Below, in pieces: positions 39,018 to 49,875 of a stretch of DNA of 64,000 bases. The position numbers were made by a program, and so were the translations under genes. The stretch covers positions 12,800-76,799 of the forward strand of contig DASCNA010000095.1 in the NCBI GenBank assembly GCA_036011305.1, read 5' to 3'. Position 1 is the first letter of the stretch. Every line of letters starts with the position of its first letter. Source of the stretch: Victivallales bacterium. GTDB taxonomy: Bacteria > Verrucomicrobiota > Lentisphaeria > Victivallales > GWF2-38-69. The notes under the pieces are model-generated. The model was not told the DNA's origin and did not search any database. It was given only the letters and a program-made list of their open reading frames with translations.

Positions 39018-39806
39018 ATGATGAAATTAAAAGATTTTAAATTAAAAAAAGCTAACAAAGAAAAAATTTCACTCATAACATGTTATGATTATAGCTTTGC
39101 TGAAATAATCAATGATACAGATATCGATTGTGTGTTAGTAGGTGATAGCGGTTCTATGGTAATGCATGGTTACCCTACAACAGTTCACGCTACAACTGAA
39201 ATGATGGCTGATATGATAAGAGCTGTGGCTAAGGGCGCCGCGGATAAATTTATAATTGGAGATATGCCTTTTCTTTCTTACCGCAGTGGCTTAGACAAAA
39301 CTATGGATTGTGTTGACAGTCTGATGAAAGCCGGAGCAAATGCTGTAAAACTTGAAGGAGTTGAAGGTAACAAGGAATTAATTAGACATATTATTGAATC
39401 CGGTGTGCCTGTTATGGGACATATAGGACTTACACCTCAATCCGTAAATGCTTTTGGCGGATATGTTGTTCAGGGCCGTGACCAGGAAAATGCTGATAGG
39501 CTTATTGAGGAAATTAAACTTCTTGAGGAATTAGGCTGCTTTGGTGTTGTACTGGAGTGTATTCCTGCTGACCTAGCTGAAAAAATGTCTAAAGCTGTTA
39601 AAATACCTACAATTGGGATTGGAGCCGGTTTTAACACAGACGGTCAGGTGTTGGTTTTACATGACATGCTGGGAATGAAGAAAGATTTAAATATGAAATT
39701 TCTCAGAAAATATTTGAATTTATATGATGAAGTAAAATCTGCTATCAATAAATATAATAAAGATGTAAAAGACGTTACTTTTCCAAATAAAAATGAATGT
39801 TTCTGA
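39018..39806 (+). CDS. panB: 3-methyl-2-oxobutanoate hydroxymethyltransferase
   Basis: TCYDY, LVGDSG, DMPF, VKLEG, GHIGLTPQ, GIGAG, DGQVLV. Confidence 0.96.
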   Translation: MMKLKDFKLKKANKEKISLITCYDYSFAEIINDTDIDCVLVGDSGSMVMHGYPTTVHATTEMMADMIRAVAKGAADKFIIGDMPFLSYRSGLDKTMDCVDSLMKAGANAVKLEGVEGNKELIRHIIESGVPVMGHIGLTPQSVNAFGGYVVQGRDQENADRLIEEIKLLEELGCFGVVLECIPADLAEKMSKAVKIPTIGIGAGFNTDGQVLVLHDMLGMKKDLNMKFLRKYLNLYDEVKSAINKYNKDVKDVTFPNKNECF

Positions 39807-40584
39807 TATGAAGATTAGAATTTTTGAAGATATCCCAGAGTGGACCAATTTTAGAAAATCAATTTCCAGTTCTAAATCTTTAGGTGTTGTGATGACTATG
39901 GGGGCACTTCACAGGGGACATCGCACTTTAATTGAACGTAGCAAGAAAGAGAATGATTTAACTGTTGTTACTATCTACCTTAACCCAACTCAGTTTAATA
40001 ATGAAAATGACCTTGATAACTATCCTTCTACATGGGATGATGATGTAAAAGTATTGGAATGCTTAGATGTAGATTTTTTATTGGCTCCTAGATATGATCA
40101 GATATATCAGGATGATTATAGGTATGTTGTCACTGAGAATGATTTCAGTAAAATTTTATGCGGAGGCGCAAGGCCCGGGCATTTTGACGGTGTATTGACT
40201 GTTGTTATGAAGCTTTTAAACATAACTAAAGCAGATAGGGCTTATTTTGGAGAAAAAGATTATCAGCAGTTTCATCTTATAAAAGGAATGCGGGATGCTT
40301 TTTTTATTGATACTGAGATTATTCCCTGTGCTATAGCTCGGGAAAAAGATAACTTGGCTTTGAGCTCGAGGAATAAACTTTTGACTGCAGGAGGTAGAAA
40401 ATTAGCTGCTTTTTATGCTAAAGCTATAAGAGAAAATACTGAAATTGATAAAATAAAATTAAAACTTGAAAATAATAATATAAAAGTTGATTATCTGGAA
40501 GAAAGATATGGTCGTCGTTTTGCTGCAGTATTCATAGATGACGTAAGGTTAATTGATAATTTTGATTTGAAGGAGTTAGAATAA
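39793..40584 (+). CDS. panC: Pantoate--beta-alanine ligase
   Basis: TMGALHRGH, NPTQF, RPGHFDGV, FGEKDYQQ, LSSRN, RLIDN. Confidence 0.95.
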   Translation: MNVSDMKIRIFEDIPEWTNFRKSISSSKSLGVVMTMGALHRGHRTLIERSKKENDLTVVTIYLNPTQFNNENDLDNYPSTWDDDVKVLECLDVDFLLAPRYDQIYQDDYRYVVTENDFSKILCGGARPGHFDGVLTVVMKLLNITKADRAYFGEKDYQQFHLIKGMRDAFFIDTEIIPCAIAREKDNLALSSRNKLLTAGGRKLAAFYAKAIRENTEIDKIKLKLENNNIKVDYLEERYGRRFAAVFIDDVRLIDNFDLKELE

Positions 40585-40585
40585 G

Positions 40586-40954
40586 ATGGAAAGAACAATG
40601 TTAAAATCTAAAATACATATGGCTACAGTTACTGAGGCCAATTTAGAATATTTTGGTTCCATAAGCATTGGACCTGACATGAGAGCAAAAGCTGATATGA
40701 TACCGTTTGAAAAAGTAGATATTTATAACTGTAATAACGGACAGAGATTTTCAACTTATGTGATTGAAACAGACAAGGAAGGTGAAATCTGTTTAAACGG
40801 CGCAGCTGCCAGACTTGTTGAAAAAGGTGATAAAGTTATTATCGCTTCTTATGCACAATACGGAGAAAGAGAAGCTTCTGAATTAAAACCTTATCTTGTT
40901 TTTGTTGATGATAAAAACAGTGTCAAAGAAGTAAGACGAGAAGTACCTAAATAA
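40586..40954 (+). CDS. panD: Aspartate 1-decarboxylase
   Basis: MLKSKIH, YFGSISI cleavage site, NGQRFSTYVI, CLNGAAAR. Confidence 0.96.
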   Translation: MERTMLKSKIHMATVTEANLEYFGSISIGPDMRAKADMIPFEKVDIYNCNNGQRFSTYVIETDKEGEICLNGAAARLVEKGDKVIIASYAQYGEREASELKPYLVFVDDKNSVKEVRREVPK

Positions 40955-41011
40955 TATTTACTGAATATATAACATAGACAATAATTAGTATTTCTCTTCT
41001 ATAAGTAAATA

Positions 41012-42823
41012 CTAATTATTATTTGTGATATCTTTATAAACAGAGAGATAGTATTTTTTATTAATTAATGTTTTTTTTGAAAATTTGGCTTTTATTGTTC
41101 GAACTTCGCCATCGGGTCTGATAATTCTGAATTTTCTTTTGGAGGGGTAGGAGTTATCTTTATAATATTTAGCCTGTTTGGGTCTGTCTTCAGGATGAAC
41201 ACAATGATTTAACCAAAACTCCGTTCCGCCTTCATAAAGTTTTTTTTCTGGGTAACCTAACATCTCAACTGCGGCCTGATTAAGAAAGTAAATATCTTTT
41301 CCCTTCAAGGCCGTAATAATGAACCCGTCAGATATTGAATTCAAGCAGAGTTCCAGGAGTTCTTTCATATCTTCTTTTTTCTTTTTTTCTGTAACATCTT
41401 TACTGATTGTCAGTGTATATTCGGTTCCCAGGAATACTTTTTTTCGTCTAGTTGATTCTATCCAAACAATTTTGCCATCAGGTTTTATAACTCTGTACTC
41501 ATCATGTTCAGGCCATGTTCTTGAAATCAGGTATGTTTTTTCTCTTTCTCTATCATCTGGATGAATATAGTTAAGCCATAATTCAATTCCTGATTTATAA
41601 AATTCTTCAGCAGTAAAACCGAAAATTTTATCTGTAGAGTTGTTAGAATATCTGGTAATATCCTTTTTAGATTTTTTATCAAAGCTGCTTAAAGTCAAAG
41701 CTGATTCCATCGCATCAACATTTAAACGGAGCAGTTCACTTATTTCTTCACTTTTTCTCTTTTCTGTAATATCCCTGATTACTGAACACATAAATTCTTT
41801 ATTTAACAGATGTTGAAATTCACATGTTGCCTCTATCAGACGTATGGAGCCGTCAGGCCTTATTATTCTGTATTCTCTTCGATCCGGCCAGAATTTGTTC
41901 CTATAATATTGGGTCTGTTCATCACGGTCATCAGGATGGACACAATTTTTTAACCAGAAATCCACTCCGCCTTTTTTATATTTTTCAGAAGATACGCCAG
42001 TTATTTGTTCTATCACTTCACTTACAAAAAAATATGAATTCTTTTCTATATCTCGAATACAGTATGCATCTGATACAGAGCTTAATGACAGTTCCAGCAT
42101 TTCTCTTATTTCTTCAGTACGTTTTCTTTCAGTTATATCTACAAAAAAACCTGTCAATCCGGCTATTTTTCCCTCTGAATCAAATATCGGATATTTTGAA
42201 ATCAATCCCCATTTTTTTTTTCTAGTTCCAGGTATTGTCCCCTCAAAATCTACAAGAGGTTTGCCTGTTAATATTACATGTCTATCCTGCTTTTCATTAG
42301 TTCTGGCTTCATTATGACTGAAAAAATCATAATCATTGCGGTTTAACACGTGATCTTCTGTAAATTGAGATGATGTATCTTTAAGAAATTGGTGATTTAC
42401 TGTAATATATTTCAGGCTGGTGTCTTTAACATAAAACATAAATTTCATAGATGTCATTATGGCTTTAATTATTGTTGTTGTCTGATTATATTTTTCAAAC
42501 ATTTCTTCAAGTTTTGTGACAAACACTTTTTGAATGGCTTCCTGAGAGAAATCATCTTTACCTGAAAAAGCACGCCATGAATATGTCAAATCACTGATTT
42601 TACCTTCAGATAAAGGATATTCAGGTTCCAGATCGGATATTTCGTTAACTGAAACATTCAGAATTTCAGCTAAAATTCTTGTTTTGCTTTCATTTGGTTT
42701 AGTTTTATTTTTTTCCCATGACCATACTGTACTTCTATTAACACCAACTTTTTTAGCAGCAAAAGTCATGTTGATTTTTTTCTTCAATCGAAGTGATTTG
42801 AATTTTTCTGAATAAAACTCCAT
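41012..42823 (-). CDS. XRE-family HTH regulator fused to four PAS domains
   Basis: AAKKVGVNRSTVWSWEKNKTKP HTH; a PAS ending DITERK; three repeats W-L-x-x-x-V/IHPD/EDR...YRII/VKPDG. Confidence 0.85.
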   Translation of the reverse strand: MEFYSEKFKSLRLKKKINMTFAAKKVGVNRSTVWSWEKNKTKPNESKTRILAEILNVSVNEISDLEPEYPLSEGKISDLTYSWRAFSGKDDFSQEAIQKVFVTKLEEMFEKYNQTTTIIKAIMTSMKFMFYVKDTSLKYITVNHQFLKDTSSQFTEDHVLNRNDYDFFSHNEARTNEKQDRHVILTGKPLVDFEGTIPGTRKKKWGLISKYPIFDSEGKIAGLTGFFVDITERKRTEEIREMLELSLSSVSDAYCIRDIEKNSYFFVSEVIEQITGVSSEKYKKGGVDFWLKNCVHPDDRDEQTQYYRNKFWPDRREYRIIRPDGSIRLIEATCEFQHLLNKEFMCSVIRDITEKRKSEEISELLRLNVDAMESALTLSSFDKKSKKDITRYSNNSTDKIFGFTAEEFYKSGIELWLNYIHPDDREREKTYLISRTWPEHDEYRVIKPDGKIVWIESTRRKKVFLGTEYTLTISKDVTEKKKKEDMKELLELCLNSISDGFIITALKGKDIYFLNQAAVEMLGYPEKKLYEGGTEFWLNHCVHPEDRPKQAKYYKDNSYPSKRKFRIIRPDGEVRTIKAKFSKKTLINKKYYLSVYKDITNNN

Positions 42824-42942
42824 AAATATATAAATTCTATAAATTCAGTTTAATTACTATCTTGCGAATTATTTTGATAAGTTATTCATTAAATAAAAAT
42901 TTTATTGCTTTTGCACTGTTGCGTTTATCAATTAACACTATT

Positions 42943-42983
42943 AATACAACGCATTATGTTAAAAATACAACACCAAAATGTTA
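42943..42983. promoter_or_regulatory. Tandem operator-like repeats in the divergent XRE/carboxyltransferase promoter
   Basis: AATACAAC-gcatt-ATGTTA (42943) and AATACAAC-accaaa-ATGTTA (42964), 21 bp apart. Confidence 0.5.
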
Positions 42984-43101
42984 GATTGCTGAAATAATCT
43001 ATAATTTATTTTGAGTTTATCTTTATTTGATTTTTATTATAAATCATATTTAGAATAGTGAAATTTAAAAACAAACATCAAAAAAGGGGTAAATCGGGAT
43101 A

Positions 43102-44652
43102 ATGAATACAGAAAAGGCTATTTCTGAGCTTATTCAGAAAAAAGAAAAAGCTCTCCTGGGTGGTGGTTTAAAAAAAATCCAACAACAGCATAAACAGGGA
43201 AAATTAACTGCAAGGGAAAGGATTGATTATCTTTTAGATACAGGAAGTTTTGAAGAATTTGATTTGCTGAAAGAGCATCGTTGTTCTAAGTTTGGAATGG
43301 AAAAAATACAACACCCTTCTGACGGTGTAATTACAGGTTACGGAACAATTGACAAAATGCCTGTTTATATTTTTGCTCAGGATTTTACTGTTTTTGGTGG
43401 CTCACTTTCAGAAACCTATGCGGAAAAAATTATAAAAATAATGGATCTTGCAGTTAAATCAGGTGTTCCTATTATCGGTCTGAACGACTCAGGCGGTGCT
43501 AGAATTCAGGAAGGAATAGAAAGCTTGGCTGGGTATGGAGAAATTTTTCATAGAAATGTAAAATGTTCCGGAGTTATACCTCAAATTTCGGCTATTCTAG
43601 GCCCATGTGCAGGAGGAGCAGTTTATTCTCCAGCAATTACAGACTTTAATATTATGGTAAGAAACACTTCTTCTATGTTTGTTACAGGGCCAAAAGTTGT
43701 AAAAGCTGTAACAAATGAAGACGTTGATATAGAAACCCTCGGTGGAGCTGAAATAAATAATTCTAAAAGCGGTAATGCCCATTTTGCTGTGGATACGGAA
43801 CACGAAGCTTTGAAAACTGTAAAAAAGCTTATCACTTATTTGCCGCCAAGTTATAAACATGGTCAGGTTGTTTCACACTGTTCAGATCCTATGTTAAGAG
43901 AAGAGGATTCCTTAAATAAAATCATTCCTGAGAACTCTAATCAGCCATATGATATGAAACAGATTATATCAGCAGTAGTTGACGATGAGAAATTTTTGGA
44001 AGTTCACCAGTCGTTTGCTATGAATATAATTGTAGCTTTTGCTAAACTAAATGGAAGAACTATCGGTATTGTTGCAAATCAGCCTAATTATCTTGCAGGA
44101 GTTCTCGACTGTAACTCTTCAAGAAAAGCTGCCAGATTTGTAAGATATTGCGATTCTTTTAATATCCCTATTTTAACTTTTATTGATGTCCCAGGATTCC
44201 TTCCCGGAACAGATCAGGAATACGGTGGAATCATTACCCATGGTTCTAAACTGCTTTTTGCTTATTCAGAAGCCACTGTTCCTAAAGTGTCTGTTATTAC
44301 AAGAAAAGCTTATGGCGGTGCTTATGACGTGATGAGTTCAAAACATATTGGCGGTGATATAAATTACGCATGGCCGACAGCGGAAATAGCAGTGATGGGT
44401 GCTGAAGGGGCTGCTGAAATTATTTTCAAAAAAGATTTAAAAGATTCTGATAATCCTGAAGAGCTTTTAAAAGAAAAGATTTCATATTATAAAAAAGAAT
44501 TTGCCAATCCGTATCAGGCTGCTAAAAGAGGTTATATCGATGATATAATTATTCCATCAAAAACAAGAGGAAAATTAATCAGAGCTTTTGAAATACTGTC
44601 ACATAAAGAAGAACAGGCTCCTGAAAGAAAACATAGTAATATTCCGTTGTAA
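43102..44652 (+). CDS. Acyl-CoA carboxyltransferase (PccB/MmdA/transcarboxylase 12S family)
   Basis: [64 protein letters not shown]. Confidence 0.93.
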   Translation: MNTEKAISELIQKKEKALLGGGLKKIQQQHKQGKLTARERIDYLLDTGSFEEFDLLKEHRCSKFGMEKIQHPSDGVITGYGTIDKMPVYIFAQDFTVFGGSLSETYAEKIIKIMDLAVKSGVPIIGLNDSGGARIQEGIESLAGYGEIFHRNVKCSGVIPQISAILGPCAGGAVYSPAITDFNIMVRNTSSMFVTGPKVVKAVTNEDVDIETLGGAEINNSKSGNAHFAVDTEHEALKTVKKLITYLPPSYKHGQVVSHCSDPMLREEDSLNKIIPENSNQPYDMKQIISAVVDDEKFLEVHQSFAMNIIVAFAKLNGRTIGIVANQPNYLAGVLDCNSSRKAARFVRYCDSFNIPILTFIDVPGFLPGTDQEYGGIITHGSKLLFAYSEATVPKVSVITRKAYGGAYDVMSSKHIGGDINYAWPTAEIAVMGAEGAAEIIFKKDLKDSDNPEELLKEKISYYKKEFANPYQAAKRGYIDDIIIPSKTRGKLIRAFEILSHKEEQAPERKHSNIPL

Positions 44653-44692
44653 TTGAGTATCCTTAAAATCATAAGATAAATTAGGTGAAGAA

Positions 44693-46519
44693 ATGAAAAA
44701 GATAAAATTTATGGATACATCATTTCGTGACGGTTTTCAGTCATGTTTTGGAGCAAGAATTAAAACAGAAGATTTTTTACCGGCACTTAAAGTCGCAGTA
44801 GATTCAGGAACTGTAAATTTTGAAATTGGTGGTGGTGCAAGATTTCAAAGTCTCTATTTCTATTGTCAGGAAGATGCTTTTGACATGATGGATAAATGCC
44901 GCGAAGTTGTAGGAAGTGATATCAATCTTCAAACTCTGGCAAGAGGAGCTAATGTTGTCGGACTTGTTTCCCAGTCAAGAGATATTATTGAACTTCATGC
45001 TAAGATGTTTAAAAAACACGGTGTGGATACAATAAGAAATTTTGATGCTCTTAATGATGTTAGAAACCTTAAATATTCAGGACATAAAATAAGTGAGAAC
45101 GGTCTAAAGCATCAGATTACAATAACTCTGATGGGATTGCCTCCTGGTATTGGAAAAGTATATGAGCATTCTCCTGAATATTATGTTGAAACTTTTAAGA
45201 AAATTCTAAAAGCAAATATACCTTTCGATAGCTTATGTCTAAAAGATGCTTCCGGTACTACATGTCCACAGATTGTCTATAAAACAGCAAAAGGGATAAA
45301 AAAACTTTTACCTGAAGGAGTGGAGCTTCAGTTTCATACACACGATACAGCCGGAATGGCTATTGCCTGTAATATGGCGGCTATTGAAGGCGGAGCAGAT
45401 ATTATTGACCTGGCAATGCAGCCGTGCAGCGGGGGGACAGGTCAGGCAGATATACTTGGAATGTGGCATAAATTAAAAGATACTGATTATACACTTGACA
45501 TTGATTATTTAAAAATCATGCAGGCAGAAGAAGCATTTATAGAACATATGGATAAATATTTTCTTCCTCCTGAAGCCAGAGAAATAAATCCTTTTATAAT
45601 TTTTTCTCCAATGCCGGGAGGTGCATTAACTGCCAATACACAGATGATGCGTGACAATAACTGTCTTAATTTATTTCCAAAGGTTATAAAAGAGATGCAG
45701 GAAGTAGTTGAACGCGGCGGTTTCGGAACTTCTGTTACCCCTGTTTCCCAGTTTTATTTTCAGCAGGCTTTTTCTAATGTGACACAGGGTAAATGGGCAA
45801 ATATTACAGAACCTTATGGCAAAATGGTGTTGGGCTATTTTGGTCAGACTCCAGCTGAACCAGATCCTGAAATAGTGAAAATGGCATCTGAACAGTTGAA
45901 CTTACCTCCTACAAAAGAGGATGTTCATGATCTTAATGACAAAAATCCGAAACTTGGCATAGAATATGCAAGAAAACAGCTTTTGAAAAACAATCTTCCT
46001 GTAACAGATGAAAATATTTTTATTGCTGCAGCATGTGAAATCAAAGGAATTGATTTTCTAAAAGGTGATAAACCCATGGGGATTAGATACAAAAAAGATG
46101 TTGTTGAGAGAGCTTCTCTGAGAGCACAAGAAGAGGAAGATAAAAAGAAAAAAGAAGATGAAATATATTATAATGTTACTATTGAAGGTAAAACAAAAAA
46201 ATATGTTCAGATTCTATCCGGATTAGCCAGTGATGCTCAGTATCCTATTAAATTAATTCATGAAAAAGTAACCGGTACCAGTGGAAAATCAGGTTATGAA
46301 GTCAGATCTCCAATGCCGGGGTCTGTTTTCAAAGTTCTTGTTACAGAAGGGCAGATTGTGGAACGCGGTGAAACTGTAATTATTCTTGAAGCTATGAAAA
46401 TGGAATCAAAAATTGTAGCTGAAAAGCCCGGAAAAGTGATTGAGATACTTATTGAAAAAGGGCAGACAGTTGAGTCTAACGAATTAATGCTTCTTCTCCA
46501 AAAAATAGAAGATAAGTAA
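44693..46519 (+). CDS. Pyruvate/oxaloacetate carboxyltransferase fused to a biotinyl domain (OadA/PycB/5S+1.3S type)
   Basis: FRDGFQS, LKDASG, FHTHDT, MPGGAL, VTPVSQ, C-terminal EAMKM. Confidence 0.92.
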   Translation: MKKIKFMDTSFRDGFQSCFGARIKTEDFLPALKVAVDSGTVNFEIGGGARFQSLYFYCQEDAFDMMDKCREVVGSDINLQTLARGANVVGLVSQSRDIIELHAKMFKKHGVDTIRNFDALNDVRNLKYSGHKISENGLKHQITITLMGLPPGIGKVYEHSPEYYVETFKKILKANIPFDSLCLKDASGTTCPQIVYKTAKGIKKLLPEGVELQFHTHDTAGMAIACNMAAIEGGADIIDLAMQPCSGGTGQADILGMWHKLKDTDYTLDIDYLKIMQAEEAFIEHMDKYFLPPEAREINPFIIFSPMPGGALTANTQMMRDNNCLNLFPKVIKEMQEVVERGGFGTSVTPVSQFYFQQAFSNVTQGKWANITEPYGKMVLGYFGQTPAEPDPEIVKMASEQLNLPPTKEDVHDLNDKNPKLGIEYARKQLLKNNLPVTDENIFIAAACEIKGIDFLKGDKPMGIRYKKDVVERASLRAQEEEDKKKKEDEIYYNVTIEGKTKKYVQILSGLASDAQYPIKLIHEKVTGTSGKSGYEVRSPMPGSVFKVLVTEGQIVERGETVIILEAMKMESKIVAEKPGKVIEILIEKGQTVESNELMLLLQKIEDK

Positions 46520-46541
46520 AAACAGACATAATTGTAACATT

Positions 46542-46579
46542 AGCTTATTACTCTGGTAATCCAGAGTAATAAGCTTTTT
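46542..46579 (+). terminator. Intrinsic terminator closing the two-gene carboxyl-transfer operon
   Basis: AGCTTATTACTCTGG-taat-CCAGAGTAATAAGCT-TTTT, perfect 15-bp stem. Confidence 0.85.
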
Positions 46580-46708
46580 ATTTATCTACTTATACAAAGG
46601 ACTTAGAAAGTATGATCTTAAAATAATATTCTTAAGTATTTTAACAATTTTTATACTAAAATAGTATTTATATTTAAAGTGTAGGTTTTTAATTTAATAG
46701 GTTGTATT

Positions 46709-47722
46709 ATGAGTTTTATTTTAGGGATTTTAGCTGTAATTTTTGCGGGAGTTCTTGATGGTTCTTATGCTATACCGATTAAATACATGAGAAATATAGA
46801 AGAAGATAAAATATGGTTTTATTTTTCATGGTGGGCATTTTTGATTATACCTATAATAACACTTCTGCTTATCGATATTCATGTATTCAATTATATCAGT
46901 AAAATCAAAATACTCTATATTATCATTCCTTTCATCATCGGTATGCTTTGGGGGATTGGAATGATATGTGTCAGCCTGGCATTTAAAATGATAGGCATAG
47001 GTGTTAATTTCGCTGTTCATATCGGAATAGGAACAGCAGGGGGTGTTCTTTTTCCACTAGTTTTTATTCATTACCGTAAAATTAATACAACGTTTGGATA
47101 CCTTGTATTAATTGGTGTCCTTTTATTCATCTTCGGCGTTATATTTGCAGGAAGAGCAGCTGAAGTCAGAGATAAGGAATTAAAAGAATCTGAGAATAAA
47201 TCAACTCATTATCTGCTTGGAATAATATTATCTGTAATTGGAGGGGTGGCATCTTCAATTCAGGGGTTTTCATATATGTATTCCATAGTGGGAATAAGAA
47301 ACCAAGGTTTGATAAACAGTAGTAATCAACTTTTCTTAGCCCTGCTTCCATGGATTATAATTTCAATCGGTGCTTTTATCCCTTTTACTGTTTTTTTCTA
47401 TATCAAAGGACGTAAAAAAAATCTGAATTTTAAAATCAGTAAGATTTCTATTTTTAATCATATATCAATAATGATAATGGGACTATTCTTTTTTGAATGT
47501 CTTTTTCTGTATACAAAATCATCTCTCGATTTTGGAAAATTAGGTACAATTATAGCTTGGCCGCTGTTTATGTCATTTATTGTACTTTCTTCAAATATCT
47601 GGGGTTTTATATTTAAAGAGTGGCAAAAAGCTGATAAGAAAGCCTGCAGGCTTATCTGGTTATCTGTATGTGTACTGATAATGGCTGTTATTGTTGTTTC
47701 TATTTCCACTAATTATCAATGA
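46709..47722 (+). CDS. RhaT-like (L-rhamnose/H+ symporter family) DMT sugar transporter
   Basis: GSYAIPIKY, GMLWGIG, SNIWGFIFKEW; ~10 TM. Confidence 0.75.
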   Translation: MSFILGILAVIFAGVLDGSYAIPIKYMRNIEEDKIWFYFSWWAFLIIPIITLLLIDIHVFNYISKIKILYIIIPFIIGMLWGIGMICVSLAFKMIGIGVNFAVHIGIGTAGGVLFPLVFIHYRKINTTFGYLVLIGVLLFIFGVIFAGRAAEVRDKELKESENKSTHYLLGIILSVIGGVASSIQGFSYMYSIVGIRNQGLINSSNQLFLALLPWIIISIGAFIPFTVFFYIKGRKKNLNFKISKISIFNHISIMIMGLFFFECLFLYTKSSLDFGKLGTIIAWPLFMSFIVLSSNIWGFIFKEWQKADKKACRLIWLSVCVLIMAVIVVSISTNYQ

Positions 47723-47880
47723 TATAATTCATTCTTAATCAAAAATATCAAAAGATATATTTTGAGAATGTTTGTTTTTAATTTTATATAAAATTAAAAC
47801 AACTTGTAAAAATTAATATAATTAAATATATTCAGTAATTTAGGGACAAATATTAATACCTCTGAAGGGAGAGATTAATT

Positions 47881-48540
47881 ATGGTGGACGTACTTGCAAT
47901 AACAGCACATCCTGATGATTTAGAGGCAGGAGCTGCAGGGTTTATGCTTAAAGCTAAATCAAAAGGCTTAAAAACCGGTTTGATTATACTTACCAAAGGG
48001 GAAGCTGGAAAAGATGGTAATGCAGCTATTAGAGAGATAGAAGCAAAAAAAGCTGCAGATATTCTGAAAATAGATGAACTAACACATCTGGATTTTCCTG
48101 ATGCAGGTATTCAGAATAACAAAGAAACTCTGGATATCATTGTTCCCTTAATAAGAAAAGCTTCACCTGATATAATTTTGACTATCCATGCAGATGACTA
48201 TCATCCTGATCACTGTGCCGTATCAAAATTAGTTGATAAGGCTGTATTTGTTGCAGGTCTTAGAGGTAACTCAGAGGATGATTCCACATGGCATCCAAAA
48301 AATACTTTTTATTTCTGTATAAATTCCAAATATTTTAATAAAAAACCAGATTTTATTTTAGATATTTCAGATGTTTGGGAAACTAAAAAGAAAGCTGTTT
48401 TAGCACATGCATCACAACCAATTATTGAAATGATTGAAAATCAAAGCAGGTTTTTTGGTATGATTCATGATATAAAATACGGTGAAGGATTTTTTTCAAA
48501 ATATCCGTTTCTTATGAATGATATAAGTTGCCTGTTTTAA
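47881..48540 (+). CDS. PIG-L family N-acetyl deacetylase (BshB1-like)
   Basis: AHPDDLE, LTKGEAG, HPDH, HASQ. Confidence 0.88.
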   Translation: MVDVLAITAHPDDLEAGAAGFMLKAKSKGLKTGLIILTKGEAGKDGNAAIREIEAKKAADILKIDELTHLDFPDAGIQNNKETLDIIVPLIRKASPDIILTIHADDYHPDHCAVSKLVDKAVFVAGLRGNSEDDSTWHPKNTFYFCINSKYFNKKPDFILDISDVWETKKKAVLAHASQPIIEMIENQSRFFGMIHDIKYGEGFFSKYPFLMNDISCLF

Positions 48541-48583
48541 GTAAACATAGAATAATAATAAATAGTAAGTATAAGATTTTATT

Positions 48584-49873
48584 GTGGCGGGAGCTAATAA
48601 AAAAACATGTATATATAGCATAATGCTTATAGTATTTATGTTTGTACTTCCTTTTCTTATTTCCGGCTGTGGAAAAACTGAACATAAGTCAGGTATTGCT
48701 TATCTTAAAATGTCATACTGGGATGAAAACCAGAAAACTTCTATTGAAAGCCTTATAAAAGTTTTCGAGAAGAACCATCCTGATATTAAGGTAAAACCTG
48801 AACTGATTCCATGGAATCAGTACTGGATTAAATTAGATGCAGCCGCATCTGCACATGAACCCCCGGATGTTTTCTGGATGAATGTATACCTGCCTAAATA
48901 TGTCAGGGCAGGTGTAATTATTCCATTTAATAAATTTATTAAAAAAGATCATTTGAATCTTAATAATTATTTTAAAACAAGTATCAAACTTTTCTCCTAT
49001 AGGGGGAAGCTATATGCAATGCCTGTGCAGACAGATTGTATTACAGTTTATTATAACAAAGCTATTTTTAATAAATATCATGTTAAATATCCTGAAAACG
49101 GATGGACCTGGAATGATATGATAAAAACCGGTCTTCTCTTGAAAAAAAGGATAAACCAGGCAGGTGTAAAGGGTGTTTATCCTCTTGCTATGGAGTTAGA
49201 CCCACAACCGTCATACTTTAATCTTATATATCAGGAGGGAGGACGTATTCTTTCTCCTAACGGAAGGAAATCTGAATACGATACTCCACAGGTGATAGCT
49301 GCTTATAAAAAGATAATCTACTTAATGCATTCGGGTATAATGCCAAGTTTCAATATTTTATCTGACACAAAAGGTTCTGAAATGTTTATGTCACAAAAAG
49401 CAGCTATGCTTTATATGGGAACATGGATGGCAAAAGTATTTGACAATACCAGTTTTGCTAAAAATATAGGTGTAGTGGTTATGCCTAAAATAAAAAACAA
49501 TATAACTATGCAGAGCGGTGTTGGTTATTCTGTTTCAGCTTACACAAAGTACCCGGAAGCAGCATGGAAACTTGTTAAGTTCCTGTCCGGCCCTGAGGGC
49601 AGCAGAGTTTTTGCAGAATCGGGTTCCAATATACCTGCCTACAAGAAAGCTAAAAAATATTATATAAAGAGTTTGAAACATATTAATGCAAATGTTTTTT
49701 ATGATGCATTGAAGCACTCTGTTCCTTTTCCTACTTCGCCCACTATCTCAACGTGGTTCGGCTTGATAAGAGAATATGAGCCTGACATATATAGTGGGAA
49801 AATACCGGTAGCTACTTCAGTTAAGGAAATTGCTGTACAGATGAATATTATTTTAAGCAGAGTTAAAGACTAA
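48584..49873 (+). CDS. Sugar ABC transporter substrate-binding lipoprotein
   Basis: Lipobox ISGC, FEKNHPDIKV, PDVF, YYNKAIF, AAWKLVKFL. Confidence 0.9.
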   Translation: MAGANKKTCIYSIMLIVFMFVLPFLISGCGKTEHKSGIAYLKMSYWDENQKTSIESLIKVFEKNHPDIKVKPELIPWNQYWIKLDAAASAHEPPDVFWMNVYLPKYVRAGVIIPFNKFIKKDHLNLNNYFKTSIKLFSYRGKLYAMPVQTDCITVYYNKAIFNKYHVKYPENGWTWNDMIKTGLLLKKRINQAGVKGVYPLAMELDPQPSYFNLIYQEGGRILSPNGRKSEYDTPQVIAAYKKIIYLMHSGIMPSFNILSDTKGSEMFMSQKAAMLYMGTWMAKVFDNTSFAKNIGVVVMPKIKNNITMQSGVGYSVSAYTKYPEAAWKLVKFLSGPEGSRVFAESGSNIPAYKKAKKYYIKSLKHINANVFYDALKHSVPFPTSPTISTWFGLIREYEPDIYSGKIPVATSVKEIAVQMNIILSRVKD

Positions 49874-49875
49874 TT

